DNA from: Lama guanicoe
Taxonomy: Eukaryota
Direction of reading: 5' to 3'
DNA: 64,000 nucleotides
Assembly (NCBI GenBank): GCA_013239625.1
Contig: MU054400.1
Span: forward strand, 3,074,282 to 3,138,281
Shown: piece by piece, positions 62,494-64,000 of the stretch
How positions within the stretch are numbered: the first letter of the stretch is position 1
Layout of the letters: each line of letters starts with the position of its first letter
Program-made: the position numbers and the translations under genes
The notes under the pieces: generated by a model
Seen by the model: only the letters and a program-made list of their open reading frames with translations
The model's database searches: none
What the model was told of the DNA's origin: nothing

Positions 62494-64000
62494 TTAATAA
62501 TATTTCTCTGCAAATTTGGCTTCCCTGACCAGTTACTTACTTTGCAGAATCTGCTTTAGTCATGTCTTGTAGTTACAGCCTAGGTTTCCCTCCCACTGTA
62601 ACGTAGCATCCACAGTGGTCACATTCAACTTCTTTTGTTCTTTTGTCCGCTGAACATTCGTTAATGAGAAGCTACGCTCGACATTCGCATTATGAGCCAG
62701 TGTACTGAACACGCAGTTGCATGAAACTAACAACTCTAAGCGCTGCTCTTCAAATTTGATTTTTGGCAACACATAATGCCATGTTTCACGGCTTAGCTTG
62801 CTTTTCCATTCTTCGGGGTTACATCAAATCTCTTGCTCAACAATTTTTTTAAATGTTGTCCACTGACCAAAAAAAGAAGAGCATTGTCATCAATTTTTAA
62901 TCCCCTCTTCAACACTACACGTACTACAAGAGTATTCAGAAACATCCATCTAACATAATTGAATTCTTCAAGGGATAAAATCCATTTCAAAAGATAGTCT
63001 GTGGCAAGTACTATGATAATTATTCACGTCAGGTCAGATTTTCTTTTTCTGTCCGTAAGTAAGTGTGTCCTTTTAAGAACAGCCTTGACACTTAAAGGGA
63101 TACATTCTTCTGTCATTTTTTTTAAACACATTTCAGTGAGTTTCTTTAAGCAATGGAGCTTTCAATAATATTGTTTACTTTTGTTTCAATTTGCATAGTC
63201 CTATTGTCAAAGAGATATTGAAAACTCGAAGTGATAAGAAATAATCAACTTCACTGGATAGATTACTTAAAAAAGTCAGTAAGACTTTGGGAGGGGACTT
63301 CCTTTCAGGATTAAAATATGATTTCAGTGCTTCAAATAAACTGAGGTTTCTCTTGAGTGAATTTGTCAAAGAGAGCCAATGGGCCTTTTGAATGTGAGAA
63401 GATTGAAGAATATTAAATGCCGACAAAAATCACAAAAATTCTTTAATTGCTCAATTCCAAACAACACAAATGCCAAAGTACAAGAAAAATTTCATGACGA
63501 TCACTTCAGTGTCAGTAGAAAGGGCAGCAGAGGCTGTTTGAATAGCATGATGTAGAACTCGGGCAGGTCAGCCGGCACCTTCCAAAGGATCGTCTATGCT
63601 TTGCTTCAGCACTGACTGTATTGTCTGGTCTTTTCTGCAAATATTTACTAAAATTTGTATTTGTATTACCTCCCCAAAAGCAGTAAAAAATTTTTCTCAT
63701 TAAGTTCTAACTCAACTTGAGAGTCTTTGCAAAACTTTGCTATTATTTTGAACTCTCAACTGGAAGTGATTTTATTCACAGCAGCCTTACATGCAAGTCT
63801 TTTTGCGACAACATATATACATATATTTAGAGCATTGCACAAGCAAAGGAAAATGTTTCTGCATTGTGATTACTTGCATCCACAATGGCTATGCCTTTAA
63901 AAGATCTCTGATAATCTCTATAATTATAAATGGAGCTAGAACATTTTTAATAAATATTACTGTAGATTTCGTCTTGACACTTGGAAAATTGCTTGCAGTT
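62494..64000 (-). pseudogene. Decayed hAT (Blackjack-type) transposase, runs off the window end
   Basis: Ordered motifs on minus: KTKSTV..KNVLAP; VDASNH (D codon 63878-63880); GNTNTNF; G*PARVLHHAIQTA (decayed CxxH); HWLSLTNSLKR..LFEALKSYF; HNANVERSFSL..QRTKE..KLNV; REAKFAEKYY* (stop 62494-62496); multiple stops and frameshifts. Confidence 0.88.

Noticed and set aside
1..64000. CRISPR array, operon or prokaryotic defence-type system
   Set aside because: The sequence is mammalian and repeat-rich, with no regularly spaced repeat-spacer array and no gene-dense coding structure

Overview
This is mammalian non-coding genomic DNA, most likely camelid. The species call is inferred from four tRNA-Ala(AGC)-derived, Vic-1-like SINEs and from artiodactyl-type L1 3' ends. 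I could not recognise any cellular protein-coding exon, RNA gene or CRISPR-like array, so the window looks like a large intron or intergenic region. Most of the supplied ORFs are chance ORFs. The only protein-like translations are a LINE-1 ORF2p C-terminus (7155-7544, minus) and a decayed hAT-Blackjack-type transposase (62494-64000, minus). The window is densely covered with interspersed repeats: L1, L2, MIR, ERV1/ERVL/MaLR LTRs, and Tigger and hAT MITEs. Several have visible target-site duplications (TSDs). The most notable observations are: (1) an intact ERV1 solo LTR carrying an overlapping Sp1/NF-kB/GAS element; (2) a transposase fossil that ends in a MER53-like terminus; (3) several short L1 inserts that truncate just downstream of the 3'UTR purine tract; (4) a degenerate TGTGA-type repeat tract; (5) several unique-sequence clusters of PBX-HOX/POU/SOX motifs. 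I found no convincing evidence of a novel biological system. Repeat family names come from recalled consensus sequences, not a database search, and boundaries of old repeats are approximate.
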